A DNA stretch of 64,000 bases from a bacterium (GCA_965209155.1 OZ242383.1:1632001-1696000); one strand, 5' to 3'. Positions 47,158 through 58,145 are shown, numbered from the stretch's first letter. The notes: generated from the sequence alone by a model not told the origin. A program made the numbers and translations.

Positions 47158-47334
47158 AAAAGGGGTCAAATCTTTTTTCGCTTTATCCAAGGTTTAAATG
47201 TGGGGTAATCCCTTGATACTCTTTGCTCCGCAGAGGATCTTCCACGCTAGGGGACATCGTAGCGACCCTGACTGGTGAGCAGGACTAGTTGGAGGTATCG
47301 CTTGTGAGGGGCATAAAATTTTAGCGGGGATCAG
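47158..47334. repeat. 177-bp Uma2 3' tail repeat, orphan copy containing only the last Uma2 codons
   Basis: Matches 20414-20590; preceded by a tandem AGGGGTCAAA. Confidence 0.9.
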
Positions 47335-47657
47335 ATTCAGCGGCTGCTCTCAGGAGTGATAACAGTAGAGGAGATATCTTTTAAGGCAAGCACACTGATT
47401 TTATCATCCAATGGGAAAGACCCGATTGTATCGATTTAATCCCAGATATCCTTTTTTAAGGGAACGCCAATAATTGTTAGCAAAGTCGATGGCATTCTAC
47501 TAAAGCCTTGTGCAGAAGTAGCAATAAAAGGAATCTGGTAAAGGCAAACTGAAAGTACTCATGGTTCTAGCTCTGATTGCACTTTTATTCTTATAGAGTG
47601 GTCAATGGGTCGATAAAAAGTAGATTTCTTGCTATGGTTTAGGCATCAGTGAATTTA

Positions 47658-48934
47658 GTACTTATAACGAAATAACTTGAACGTTTTATTGATTCTTTTA
47701 GTATTTTCCGTCATGAACCAAATAGAATTGAAAAAGCGATTTGAGCAAATCGCACCCTATCTTGATGAAAAAGCCAGACGGCTATGGTGTGCTAATGAGG
47801 CTGTCTGTATAGGAAGAGGTGGGATCACTTTTGTAGCTCTCGTTACGGGAGTTTCTCGCACAACCCTTACAGAAGGAGTAAAGGAAATTAAGGGAGAGAA
47901 AACACCTGTAGCAGGGAATGTCCGCAGAAAAGGAGGAGGTAGAAAACGCAGTGCGGAAAAAGATAAACATCTAAAATCAGATATTGCTGTTTTAGTGGAA
48001 TCTTCTACCCGAGGAGATCCTGAATCTCCCTTAAAGTGGACTTCTAAAAGCACGCGTAAACTTGCTGAAGCATTGAATTTGCAAACAAAGCGTGTGAGCC
48101 ACACCCTGATATCACGGTTGCTTTCTGAGACAGGTTATTCGTTGCAAGCTAACAAAAAGACAAAAGAGGGTGGAGATCATCCGGATCGTGATGAACAATT
48201 TCGATTTATCAATGAGAAAACCAAGCGCTTCCAATTCAATGTTCAACCTGTCATTTCTGTAGATGCCAAGAAGAAAGAAAACATTGGGAACTTCAAAAAC
48301 AATGGGAAAGAATATTACCAATCGGGAAAAGCTCCGCAAGTAAATGTCTATGACTTCCTTGATAAAGAAAAAGGGAAGGTTACTCCATATGGAGTCTATG
48401 ATCTCTCAAAAAACAAAGGATGGGTTAGTGTTGGAGTTAGTGCTGATACCGCTCAATTTGCTGTGGCAAGTATTCGAGGCTGGTGGTTCCAAATGGGAAA
48501 AGAATCCTATTCAAATGCTTCTAAACTTTATATCAATGCTGATGGAGGAGGAAGCAATGGATCAAGAACAGGTCTATGGAAAATTGAGTTACAGAAACTG
48601 GCAAATGAACTTCAAATGGAAATTCATGTTTCACACTTTCCTCCAGGAACAAGCAAATGGAATAAGATTGAACACAGAATGTTTAGCTTTATTTCTCAAA
48701 ATTGGCGAGGAAGACCTCTCATTAATCGTGCGACAGTGGTCAACTTAATTGGCAGTACAACTACTAAAACAGGATTGAAAATTACCGCAAGATTGGATGA
48801 GACCCTGTATCAAAAGGGAATTAAGGTTTCTGATAAAGAGTTGGCGGATGTCTCCTTGTAAAAAGAAAATTTCCATGGTGAATGGAATTATAAAATATTA
48901 CCCAAAAATGTTCAGGTTATTTCGTGACAGATAC
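47658..48934 (+). mobile_element. ISAzo13-family insertion sequence
   Basis: Imperfect inverted repeats ACGAAATAACTTGAAC / GTTCAGGTTATTTCGT; no matching target duplication. Confidence 0.8.
47713..48927 (+). pseudogene. ISAzo13-family transposase with an in-frame TAA at 48859-48861
   Basis: RGDPESPLKWTSKS, GYSLQAN, HPDRDEQF, ADGGGSNG, PPGTSKWNKIEHR; the conserved FHGEWNY lies in frame after the stop. Confidence 0.85.
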
Positions 48935-49189
48935 ATGAAAAATCGTCCTGGACAGTTTGAATACAAATCAGCTATTGATCAACAACTCCCTATCGGCTCT
49001 GGAAAAATTGAAAGCGCCCATCGTTCCCTCATCCAAAAACGGCTCAAACTCCCGGGCGCTTGGTGGAAAAAACAACATGCCGATCAGATGATTCAACTCA
49101 GGGTGGCAAGAGCCAATGGAAAATGGGATTGTTATTGGCAACAACTACAAAGAGCTTAATTGAGATGCCCCTCACTTTTAATTACACCC
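48935..49189 (+). pseudogene. 3' remnant of an ISKra4/ISLre2-like transposase with putative right end
   Basis: LPIGSGKIESAHRSLIQKRLKLPGAWW; ends CTCACTTTTAATTACACCC. Confidence 0.75.
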
Positions 49190-49411
49190 ATTGGAAATTT
49201 TCCGTTTGAAATTGGCTTTCTTTCTTCAATACTGTTTTTCCAAAGTTTTTTCTAGCAATATTTTTAAATAGGAAGGAAGAATCGAGGTCCTTACCATAGG
49301 ACTCAATATGCTACCCGATGCCGGGCTGACCAGCCAAAGTCGTCCCTGGCGTGATATCGTCGGCCAGGCGGAAACGCGAGCAAAACTCCTTGAAGGGGGA
49401 TAATCAATGTG

Positions 49412-49558
49412 ATCAGTTTTCTGCTCTTTGATATGGATGACCTTGGCGTCGAAGTCCGTCCCATCAAATTGATCAGCGGCAGCTCCGCATTTTGCGAAGT
49501 GTTTTTTGATAATGTGAAAGTTCCCAAGCGAAATCTGGTTGGCTTCAATGGGGGCTGA
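49412..49558 (+). pseudogene. Acyl-CoA dehydrogenase internal fragment
   Basis: Manual translation ISFLLFDMDDLGVEVRPIKLISGSSAFCEVFFDNVKVPKRNLVG. Confidence 0.75.
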
Positions 49559-49796
49559 TATTGTTATCGCATCCCGCGATGAAGACCTGAATACTAACAT
49601 TGAGTGAAAACGAAAGAAAATGAAAAAAGCTAATTTTATATATATCCTTGTTATAAGAATAGTTGGCATTTTGTCAGCTAATGCTCTAGAATGAAGATGA
49701 AAAAATCAGGTTTAAAAAATGTATGGTGATAATCACTATGAAATTGTACAAGTCCTTTGACGTTGTAAAACGCGGAACGGGGAAATTAATAAATGA

Positions 49797-49950
49797 TTGG
49801 CGATGTCCATTCCTGAACTTTGGAACTTTAAAATGGCTGCGGGGGTGTTTGAGGCTTTTTTGCTGCCAATGAATACCGGTTTAAGATGGGGAAGTTGATT
49901 CCCGACGAAAGTGCCTTAATTCATGCAGGCGGGAGCAGTGTAGGCAGTGT
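49797..49950 (+). pseudogene. NADPH:quinone oxidoreductase (MDR) fragment, frameshifted
   Basis: LAMSIPELWNFKMAAGVFEAF, then in another frame GKLIPDESALIHAGGSSVG. Confidence 0.6.
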
Positions 49951-50011
49951 AGAAACCTCAAATGGCTTATCTCATTAAGTTTTGGCTTGTAAAATACGAA
50001 TAATAAAATGC

Positions 50012-50160
50012 GAATCAGGAGTTGAAATTTAATTTATAAAATCAATAATTTAATAATTATGATGTGTCATGCCGGACTTGATCCGGCATCCAAAATATCG
50101 CCCGTATCGCCCTGGATTCCTGGTCAAGCCAGGAATGACACGTTTTTTAACTCCTGATTC
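50012..50160. repeat. REP-like element GTGTCATGCCGGACTTGATCCGGCATCCA...GGAATGACAC (50064-50141) nested within an outer 12-bp inverted repeat
   Basis: Outer GAATCAGGAGTT (50012-50023) / AACTCCTGATTC (50149-50160). Confidence 0.8.
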
Positions 50161-50172
50161 ACGTAATGAAAT

Positions 50173-51213
50173 ATGTCTCTCCATTCTACAAAACATTTTC
50201 TCCAAACAAGAGATTTGGATGAAATCGTGGTTCCGATCCAAACAGAATTGGATTTGGGTAAGCAAGCAATTCAAAACAATTTGGATATACATTTACCTTT
50301 GCTGGCAAAGGTAATTGATCGTATGCAAGCCTCCCAAAAATTACCCTTACGGTCTATTTTGCTGTCTTTGAGTGGCCGCTTGTTTTCGTATACGGGAAGT
50401 GAATTGCCCCACATTGCCAGCGTATTGGAATATTTGAACACTGCGGCAGCCCTCCATCAAAAAATAATTTTAACTGAAGAGTTCCGAAGATATCAAAAAG
50501 TTTTTTCAAATATTTGGGGCAATGAGGCAAGTGTTCTTCTGGGAGACTACCTGTTGTCCATCGCATTTAAAACCATGACACGATTGGGGAATTTCGAATT
50601 ATTGGATACAATTTCTGCCACGACGCAAGCCATTGCCCGAGGCCAGCTTTTGTCCATTTCCTCCTTTTCATGGAATCATGCTGAAAGCCACGCTTTAGAA
50701 ATAATTCAAAATAAGAAAGCAAGCTTGTTCATGGCAGGCGTTAAATGCGGGGCGATACTGGGAAAGGCCAATCCGGAAATTCAGCAAGCACTGAACGAAT
50801 TCGGATTCAATCTGGGAATGGGTATTGTGTTGAAAAAAGAATTGGCATTTATACACAATCCCAACTTGCTGAAGATGGCTGTTAAGAATAACGATCCAAT
50901 TTTTCCTTTGTGCGCAATGATGCAGAAAATGCATACTCGAAGACAGCAATCGTGCTTGGAAAAGATACTGTCACGAATTTCACAAAACAATTTCTCTGAA
51001 GCGTGTGAAGAAAGGCTGCAATTCTTACTTCAAGAAAATCTGATTTACGAGCACACGAGAAATCTGATTCACAATTTTCTTGAAAAAAGCGAGAGGGCTT
51101 TGACCCCATTGACTCATTTGGATACCTCATTCCTGTTCAAGTTCGCTCAAAAACTGCTTGGACCTGAATCTTTTTATCCGGGAAATGGGATAACGGAGAC
51201 CTACAGATTTTAA
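50173..51213 (+). CDS. Polyprenyl synthetase (IspB-like) homologue lacking both DDxxD motifs
   Basis: RR loop, [27 protein letters not shown]; the first motif reads LHQKII and the second LKKELA. Confidence 0.85.
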   Translation: MSLHSTKHFLQTRDLDEIVVPIQTELDLGKQAIQNNLDIHLPLLAKVIDRMQASQKLPLRSILLSLSGRLFSYTGSELPHIASVLEYLNTAAALHQKIILTEEFRRYQKVFSNIWGNEASVLLGDYLLSIAFKTMTRLGNFELLDTISATTQAIARGQLLSISSFSWNHAESHALEIIQNKKASLFMAGVKCGAILGKANPEIQQALNEFGFNLGMGIVLKKELAFIHNPNLLKMAVKNNDPIFPLCAMMQKMHTRRQQSCLEKILSRISQNNFSEACEERLQFLLQENLIYEHTRNLIHNFLEKSERALTPLTHLDTSFLFKFAQKLLGPESFYPGNGITETYRF

Positions 51214-51236
51214 TTTTTCTGAAACAGGGGTTAAAA

Positions 51237-52163
51237 ATGACTGACTGGCGAGAACAACATTTGAAACAACTCGAGCATGAGGCGATCCATATTATTCGTG
51301 AAGTTGTAGCCGAGTTTCAAAATCCGGTAATGCTTTATTCGGTCGGAAAAGATTCTTCGTGCATGATACGATTGGCCCAGAAAGCCTTTTATCCGGGGAA
51401 ATTCCCTTTCCCTCTCATGCATGTGGACACGGGGTACAAATTTCAGGAGATGTATCAATTCAGGGACAACTTCGCTAAGGAAATCGGTGCCAAATTGCTT
51501 GTGGAACGTAATGAGGAAGCCATTCGAAATGGAGCACATCCCCAGAAGTTGGGAGCGGACAAATGTTGTGCTCAATTGAAAACCCGTGCGCTTCTGGACG
51601 CATTGAACAAACACGAATTTGACGCCGCTTTTGGCGGTGCTCGACGAGATGAAGAAAAATCGCGCGCCAAGGAACGAATCTTTTCGGTTCGAGATGAGTT
51701 CGGACAGTGGAATCCCAAAGACCAACGTCCTGAACTTTGGAATTTGTACAATGGTGAAATCAACCCCGGTCAATCAGTACGTGTGTTTCCTTTGAGCAAT
51801 TGGACAGAAGCTGACATCTGGCTGTATATCAAACTGGAGAAAATACCTTTGGTACCACTCTATTTTGCACGGAAACGCAAGGTTGTTGTGCGTAGTGGAA
51901 TCACAATTCCGTTGAAGCTTTACGATGTCGTGGATCCGGCGGGAAAAGAACCCGTTCGGGAAGAGGAAGTGCAAGAAACGATGTGCCGCTTTCGCAGTTT
52001 GGGTTGTGGTCCCTGTACCGGTGCCATTCAATCAGAAGCCCAGAGCTTGGATGATATCATCGAGGAAGTAAGGCAAACCAAGAAATCGGAACGGGAAAAT
52101 CGTATTATAGATTTGACCAGTGATTCTTCCATGGAACAAAAAAAACGGGAGGGGTATTTTTAG
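51237..52163 (+). CDS. cysD: Sulfate adenylyltransferase subunit 2
   Basis: [46 protein letters not shown]. Confidence 0.96.
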   Translation: MTDWREQHLKQLEHEAIHIIREVVAEFQNPVMLYSVGKDSSCMIRLAQKAFYPGKFPFPLMHVDTGYKFQEMYQFRDNFAKEIGAKLLVERNEEAIRNGAHPQKLGADKCCAQLKTRALLDALNKHEFDAAFGGARRDEEKSRAKERIFSVRDEFGQWNPKDQRPELWNLYNGEINPGQSVRVFPLSNWTEADIWLYIKLEKIPLVPLYFARKRKVVVRSGITIPLKLYDVVDPAGKEPVREEEVQETMCRFRSLGCGPCTGAIQSEAQSLDDIIEEVRQTKKSERENRIIDLTSDSSMEQKKREGYF

Positions 52164-54052
52164 TGCAAGAAAAACCAAAATCTTTATTACGCTTCACCAC
52201 CACCGGCAGTGTGGATGATGGTAAATCTACTTTGCTTGGCCGGCTTTTGTATGAAACGCATTCTATTTTTGAAGACCAGTACGCTTCTATTGCGGAAACT
52301 TCGAAACGGAGTGGTAAGAGTGAAGTCGACCTGGCTTTGCTATTGGACGGTTTAGCTGCTGAGCGCGAACAAGGGATTACGATTGATGTAGCCTATCGCT
52401 ACTTTTCCACCAAAAAAAGAAAATTCATAATTGCTGATACTCCGGGGCATGAACAATATACCCGTAATATGGTTACCGGGGCTTCCACTGCCGAATTGGC
52501 AATTATTTTGATTGATGCCAGTAAAGGTGTATTGACCCAGTCAAAACGACATGGTTTTCTTCTTTCGCTATTGCAGGTTCCACGCCTGATCGTGGCAGTC
52601 AATAAAATGGATCTTGTAGACTATTCCCAAGAAGTTTTTGAAGCAATCATACAGGATTACTTAGCGTTTTCCGAAAAGTTGGACATCCATGAAATCACCT
52701 TCATTCCAGTTTCTGCTCTCAAGGGAGACAATGTGGTTTCCAAGAGTCTTCATACTCCCTGGTACGAGGGGGAAACCCTCTTACATCATCTGGAAAATGT
52801 CCACGTCAGCTTGGATAAAAACCTGATAGATTTTCGCTTCCCAGTACAACTCGTCCTTCGTCCGGATTCGCAATTTCGAGGATTTGCCGGTACGATCGCC
52901 TCCGGAGCAATTCGGGCGGGAGAGGAAATTGCAGTACTTCCTTCCGGAAAAACCTCGAGAATAAAAGAAATCCTCACCTATGACGGAGTTCTTGAGGAAG
53001 CTCGCAATGGACAAGCTGTGGTCTTACAACTTGAAGATGAAATCGATGTCAGTCGAGGCGACATGTTTGTACGTCCTCAAAATCTGCCTTATATGCATGA
53101 CCACATCGACTCCCACCTTTGCTGGATGGAGGAACAACCGCTTTCCCTCACCAGGCGATACCTGCTCAAAAATGGCGCAAAAATGGTCAATGCTTATATT
53201 TCTCGTATTCATTATACTGTAGATGTCAACACGCTTCATCGCCAGGAGGGGGCATCGACCTTTTATTTGAACGAAATCGGCAGGGTTGAAATCCAAACGA
53301 CACAACCCTTCTATTTTGATACCTATCGTAAAAATCGTGCGACTGGAAATTTTATATTGATAGATTCCGAAAGCAACCGTACAGTCGCGGCTGGAATGAT
53401 TCGGGGACTGACAACGTCTATTGACGATATCGTAGAACCTGTCAAGTCCCAGATCTCTTCCAATGTGGTATGGCAGGAAGCCAGCGTTGACTTACAGCAT
53501 TACATCCATAGAAACCAACACAAACCCGCAGTTTTATGGTTTACGGGTTTACCGAGTTCAGGTAAATCGACAGTAGCGCGTGTTTTGGTAAAACGCCTTT
53601 TTGAGCGGAGTTGCAATGTTGTCTTGCTCGATGGCGATAATGTGCGACATGGACTTTGTGGAGATCTCGGCTTTTCTATTGAGGATCGTAGTGAAAACAT
53701 CAGGCGTGTTGGAGAAGTAGCAAAACTGTTTTATCAAACCGGGCATGTCGTCGTTTGCACTTTCATCTCACCTCTCGCCAATGATCGTCAACTCGTGCGC
53801 TCCTTATTGGACGATCAGGGATTTTATGAAATCTATGTCAAATGTGATTTGGATGTTTGCATACGTCGAGATCCCAAAGGCCTCTATGCCAAAGCCATTG
53901 CCGGAGAGATATCTGATTTTACCGGCATTTCGTCTCCTTACGAAGAACCTGTCTCAGCGGAAATCGTAATTGAAACCGAGGTACTGACTGTTGAACAATG
54001 CGTAGACCGGATTGTCGACCAAATCCAGGATGTTTTTCTTAGAGTCAATTAG
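52163..54052 (+). CDS. cysNC: Bifunctional sulfate adenylyltransferase subunit 1 / adenylyl-sulfate kinase
   Basis: GSVDDGKST, DTPGHEQYTRNM, NKMD; GLPSSGKST, LDGDNVRHGL, RDPKGLY. Confidence 0.95.
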   Translation: MQEKPKSLLRFTTTGSVDDGKSTLLGRLLYETHSIFEDQYASIAETSKRSGKSEVDLALLLDGLAAEREQGITIDVAYRYFSTKKRKFIIADTPGHEQYTRNMVTGASTAELAIILIDASKGVLTQSKRHGFLLSLLQVPRLIVAVNKMDLVDYSQEVFEAIIQDYLAFSEKLDIHEITFIPVSALKGDNVVSKSLHTPWYEGETLLHHLENVHVSLDKNLIDFRFPVQLVLRPDSQFRGFAGTIASGAIRAGEEIAVLPSGKTSRIKEILTYDGVLEEARNGQAVVLQLEDEIDVSRGDMFVRPQNLPYMHDHIDSHLCWMEEQPLSLTRRYLLKNGAKMVNAYISRIHYTVDVNTLHRQEGASTFYLNEIGRVEIQTTQPFYFDTYRKNRATGNFILIDSESNRTVAAGMIRGLTTSIDDIVEPVKSQISSNVVWQEASVDLQHYIHRNQHKPAVLWFTGLPSSGKSTVARVLVKRLFERSCNVVLLDGDNVRHGLCGDLGFSIEDRSENIRRVGEVAKLFYQTGHVVVCTFISPLANDRQLVRSLLDDQGFYEIYVKCDLDVCIRRDPKGLYAKAIAGEISDFTGISSPYEEPVSAEIVIETEVLTVEQCVDRIVDQIQDVFLRVN

Positions 54053-54135
54053 TACGATTTTTCACAGAGATAATCGTACTATAAGTTTGTAGAGTTAAAA
54101 AATCAGGCGCTTATAAGACAATCGTTGAGATAAAC

Positions 54136-55272
54136 ATGCATCTTACTCATTTAGAAACTCCTTGTTTAATCTTGGAAAAAAGCAAACTTCACCAGAATGT
54201 TGTTTCAATGCGGCAACATTTAAAGGGACTGAACGTCGGTTTGAGACCTCACGTTAAGACTGCCAAATGCATGGATGTCATACGTTTGACTCTGGAGGGA
54301 CAACCGGGCGGCATTACGGTTTCAACGTTAAAAGAAGCTGAATATTTTTTTGAAAGAGGAATCAGTGACATTCTATATGCCGTCGGCATTGTCCCTGTTA
54401 AATTGGAAAGGGTTGCGGCTTTAAGAAAAAGAGGGGCGGATCTGGCGATATTGTTAGACACGATCGATCAGGCAAAGGCGGTGGCTGTCAAAGGTGAGGA
54501 ATTGGGGGTGATCTTCCCCGTACTGATTGAAGTTGATTGCGACGGGCACCGTTCCGGTGTCCAAGCCGGTGATCACGCGTTGCTGAATGAAATAGGAGAG
54601 ATCCTACATCACCATGAAAATACGGAATTGCGGGGAGTGATGACCCATGCCGGAGAGTCTTATAACTGCTATACCTTGGATGCCCTTGAAAGCATTGCAG
54701 TTCAAGAACGAAACGTAATTGTCGCCTGCGCTCAATCATTGCGGGAAGCGGGTTTGCCCTGTCCGGTGACCAGTGTGGGTTCTACTCCCACTGCCTTTTT
54801 TTCGAGGGACTTCAGTGGAATCTCAGAAGTCCGTGCCGGGGTGTACATGTTTCATGATCTTTGTATGGTAGGCTTGCAGGTTTGTCGCATTGAGGATATT
54901 GCGCTCTCGGTGCTGAGCTCGGTCATAGGATATCAAAAAGAAAAAGGATGGATCATTACCGACGCTGGTTGGATGGCTTTATCACGAGACGTCAGCACTG
55001 CCAGACAACCGCTTGATCAGGGCTATGGTGCAGTGTGTGGAACCGATGGTCGGATTCTTAAAGATTTGATAGTAGTGGAAACCAATCAAGAGCACGGCAT
55101 TCTGGCAGATCGCCACAATAAACTTTTAAACTACGAGCAATTTCCTATCGGCGCTCTCCTTCGCATTTTACCCAACCATGCATGCGCCACTGCCAGTATG
55201 CATGACCGCTACCACCTTGTCGATAGCTCTGCGGAAGTGCTTGATGTCTGGCACCGCTTCAACGGATGGTAA
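54136..55272 (+). CDS. DSD1/D-threonine aldolase family PLP-dependent enzyme (fold type III)
   Basis: LRPHVKTAK, HRSGV, THAGESY, GSTPT, NQEHG, PNHACAT. Confidence 0.88.
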   Translation: MHLTHLETPCLILEKSKLHQNVVSMRQHLKGLNVGLRPHVKTAKCMDVIRLTLEGQPGGITVSTLKEAEYFFERGISDILYAVGIVPVKLERVAALRKRGADLAILLDTIDQAKAVAVKGEELGVIFPVLIEVDCDGHRSGVQAGDHALLNEIGEILHHHENTELRGVMTHAGESYNCYTLDALESIAVQERNVIVACAQSLREAGLPCPVTSVGSTPTAFFSRDFSGISEVRAGVYMFHDLCMVGLQVCRIEDIALSVLSSVIGYQKEKGWIITDAGWMALSRDVSTARQPLDQGYGAVCGTDGRILKDLIVVETNQEHGILADRHNKLLNYEQFPIGALLRILPNHACATASMHDRYHLVDSSAEVLDVWHRFNGW

Positions 55273-55345
55273 ACCCACATTCTGGTGGGTAGTTATCGTA
55301 TTGCTTCCCCTCGTCTTGTTTTAATCCAGCCGAATCGGACGTCTC

Positions 55346-56434
55346 TCAGAAAATGGCTTTTTCCGTATTGGTATCGAAAACGTGTAGTGATTCGGTATTG
55401 AACGTGACCTGTACTCCAGTACCCCGTTCTGGCATATCTTTTCCATCCACTTCGGCCATGATCTCATGACTGCCCAAAGTCAGATCCAACAAGGCGACCG
55501 CACCCAGCAACTCAGTCACTTCCACGTTGGCATCAAACTTCCATTCTCCCGGAGTGCTCTCCCGAGCCAAACCGACATCATTGGGTCGAATGCCGACAAC
55601 CACTTGGCTATTGGGCTTAACTTGATGCCCTTCTTTTTCTGGAAGGGTGAATTTGAAGGAATCCGATTGCAAAACCAGACTACCATTGGCACTCTGGACT
55701 TTCATAGGAATAAGGTTCATTGCGGGACTGCCTATGAAAGTGGCAACAAAAATGTTGTTTGGATTATTGAAAACCTCTTTGGGAGATCCAATTTGCTCGA
55801 TATAACCGTCCCGCATGACCACAATTCGATCTGCCAACGTCATGGCCTCCACTTGATCATGGGTCACATAAATCGTGGTGGTTTTCAATTGTTGGTGAAG
55901 TTTTTGAATCTCCAGACGCATTTGCGTACGAAGTTTGGCATCGAGATTGGATAGAGGTTCGTCAAATAGAAAGACTTCTGGAGTGCGCACCATAGCACGC
56001 CCCATTGCGACACGTTGCCTTTGTCCTCCCGATAATGCAGCGGGTCTTCGACTCAGGAGTTGTCCCAATTCCAGGATGTTGGCCACTTCATCGACTTTTT
56101 TCTTGATTTCCACTTTGGGCAATTTTTGTAGTTTGAGACCAAAAGCCATGTTCTGTTCGACCGTCATATGAGGATAGAGGGCGTAATTTTGGAATACCAT
56201 GGCAATTTTACGATCTTTCGGAGCGACGTCATTGACCACTCTATCTCCAATCTTGATTTCTCCTGCAGTGATATCTTCCAAGCCTGCCACCATACGCAAG
56301 GTAGTGGATTTTCCACAACCAGAGGGGCCAAGTAAGACCATGAATTCGTCATTTTTAATATCCAGGTCGATACCATGAACAACTTCCAAGTCACCAAAAC
56401 TCTTTACAACTTTATTCAAATTCACTGTTGCCAT
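55346..56434 (-). CDS. Sugar ABC transporter ATP-binding protein (MalK/UgpC-like), standalone
   Basis: GPSGCGKST, LSGGQRQRVAMGR, DEPLSNLDAKLR, TOBE-type tail. Confidence 0.95.
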   Translation of the reverse strand: MATVNLNKVVKSFGDLEVVHGIDLDIKNDEFMVLLGPSGCGKSTTLRMVAGLEDITAGEIKIGDRVVNDVAPKDRKIAMVFQNYALYPHMTVEQNMAFGLKLQKLPKVEIKKKVDEVANILELGQLLSRRPAALSGGQRQRVAMGRAMVRTPEVFLFDEPLSNLDAKLRTQMRLEIQKLHQQLKTTTIYVTHDQVEAMTLADRIVVMRDGYIEQIGSPKEVFNNPNNIFVATFIGSPAMNLIPMKVQSANGSLVLQSDSFKFTLPEKEGHQVKPNSQVVVGIRPNDVGLARESTPGEWKFDANVEVTELLGAVALLDLTLGSHEIMAEVDGKDMPERGTGVQVTFNTESLHVFDTNTEKAIF

Positions 56435-56717
56435 ATCTTTTTCTCAGAAAAAGGTTTTATAAATGGGGATTGTTCCTTTCATTTACGAATAATTGACTCG
56501 TTGTTCTAAGAACAATAAACCACAATATAAGAAATGGAAATTAAATTTTCCAACCTCACATAAAAGTGGTGCATAGTCCATACAATCTTTGAGGATGATA
56601 TTTTTTCTTAGAATCACTACTTATACACAAAAAAAATATCAATTTCATCACCTAAATCAATTTAATTTGGATTTCTCATCGTGAAGTTCAAAACACCGGT
56701 AGATAAAAAAATTGGAT

Positions 56718-56827
56718 GTAACTATTCAGGTATCTTCAGAGAACCCATCGATAAGCACAGGTTTTGCGTGGCATTGAGGCCGGAAAGGACTTTATGCTCT
56801 CGAAAGTTCAAAAATATATTGATTCCC
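56718..56827 (+). mobile_element. Left ~110 bp of the GTAACTATTCAGG element abutting the Uma2 stop codon
   Basis: Aligns with 37284-37395 up to AATATATTGATTCCC. Confidence 0.85.
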
Positions 56828-56829
56828 AA

Positions 56830-57720
56830 TTAGCGGGGATCGGAATCTTTCTCTTGGAGGAGAGCACGCAGCCGTTCGATTTCCGAAAGCGCTTTTTCTT
56901 TTTCTTGTCGCTCTTGTTCTTTTTCTTGTCGCTCTTTTGCTGCTTTTGCCAAGGCGTTTTCTTCCCTTGCCAAGGCTTTTACTTTCAGTTGTCGCTCTTG
57001 TTCTTTTTGCTGACGCTCTTGTTGGAAGCTTTTCAGGAGAAACGGTTGGTAGAGAGGATCCTCAATTAATGTTTCAAAGGCCACCTGTTTTTCTAAATCC
57101 TCCAGACGAAAGGCGAAACGATCCAAAACCCGGGAATGAATCACCCCGGGCTCTTGGTGCTTCATCCTCTCATAAACCCCTTGCTCATTGAGGAAATAGA
57201 AGGCGGTGTGCTTGCGCAAACGGTCTAAAATATAATATTCCGCCACCCCTGCTTTGGCATATTCTCTTTTTTTGTGGACCGTATCCCGTTCCACCTCCGC
57301 GGGAGTCGAGTCGGATAAAAACTCGATACAGAGATCACAAACTCCCCTAAAAGAACGGTCCAGGGGTTGGGCCTCGACAAGATTGGAATGGAGAATCACG
57401 GCCAGATCCGGTTTGCGAATACTCACCTTTTTCTTTCCCAACTCCAAACGAAAGCCCATTTCCAAGATCATCATCCGTCCGATGGGAAAGACAGTCAAAT
57501 ATTCTTCTAATAAGCGATAAAACCATTGGTAGAGGGAGATGCTTAGAAAATCGGGCATGGGCTTTTCCTCCAAGAGTCCATTGTTCCATTCATATGAATG
57601 ATCCGGGTATTCATAATACGTCTTCCAATACTCAGCCTCACTCACCCTGAGCGGCTCCTTGGCAGAAGGAGGCAACCGTCTTGGAGAAGGGCGGTTTTTG
57701 ACGGATTCTAAAGTAGTCAT
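56830..57720 (-). CDS. Uma2-family endonuclease, copy 2
   Basis: Highly similar to copy 1; 14 residues longer in the coiled-coil tail. Confidence 0.9.
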   Translation of the reverse strand: MTTLESVKNRPSPRRLPPSAKEPLRVSEAEYWKTYYEYPDHSYEWNNGLLEEKPMPDFLSISLYQWFYRLLEEYLTVFPIGRMMILEMGFRLELGKKKVSIRKPDLAVILHSNLVEAQPLDRSFRGVCDLCIEFLSDSTPAEVERDTVHKKREYAKAGVAEYYILDRLRKHTAFYFLNEQGVYERMKHQEPGVIHSRVLDRFAFRLEDLEKQVAFETLIEDPLYQPFLLKSFQQERQQKEQERQLKVKALAREENALAKAAKERQEKEQERQEKEKALSEIERLRALLQEKDSDPR

Positions 57721-57814
57721 GATGTCCTCGATGGGAAGGAAAGGTGAAATTTGTCGTCTTTTCAAAAACATAACACATTGTGGGGAGGAGAGCAATTTCT
57801 ATGTTGATCGACTT

Positions 57815-58145
57815 GTCACTATTCAGGTATCTTCAGTAAAGCCATCGATTCCCCAGCTCGAGGCTCTTCAAGAAGCCAGTCCACTCTTTGAAAAAGAACG
57901 AGAGCCATGGAAGCCAGAGCGCTTAGCACTCTGATTTACCTCCCTGGCAAAGCGTTTGCGATCATTATCACCATTGGAAAAACGCCGAATTGTGGAGTGA
58001 ACATCCGCTTTTTGGCTCATAATCATAACGAAAAAGAGGGTTCCTGATCGATTGAACCATATCGTGGAAGGACTTGAAAATTTTCCCGGAAATTTTTTTC
58101 AACGTTATTTGATTAAACGGGTTTTTCAGAGACCTGAATAGTTAC
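57815..58145 (+). mobile_element. Short (331 bp) copy of the GTAACTATTCAGG element
   Basis: GTCACTATTCAGG...CCTGAATAGTTAC; body aligns with 37284-37837 minus two internal segments. Confidence 0.85.
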
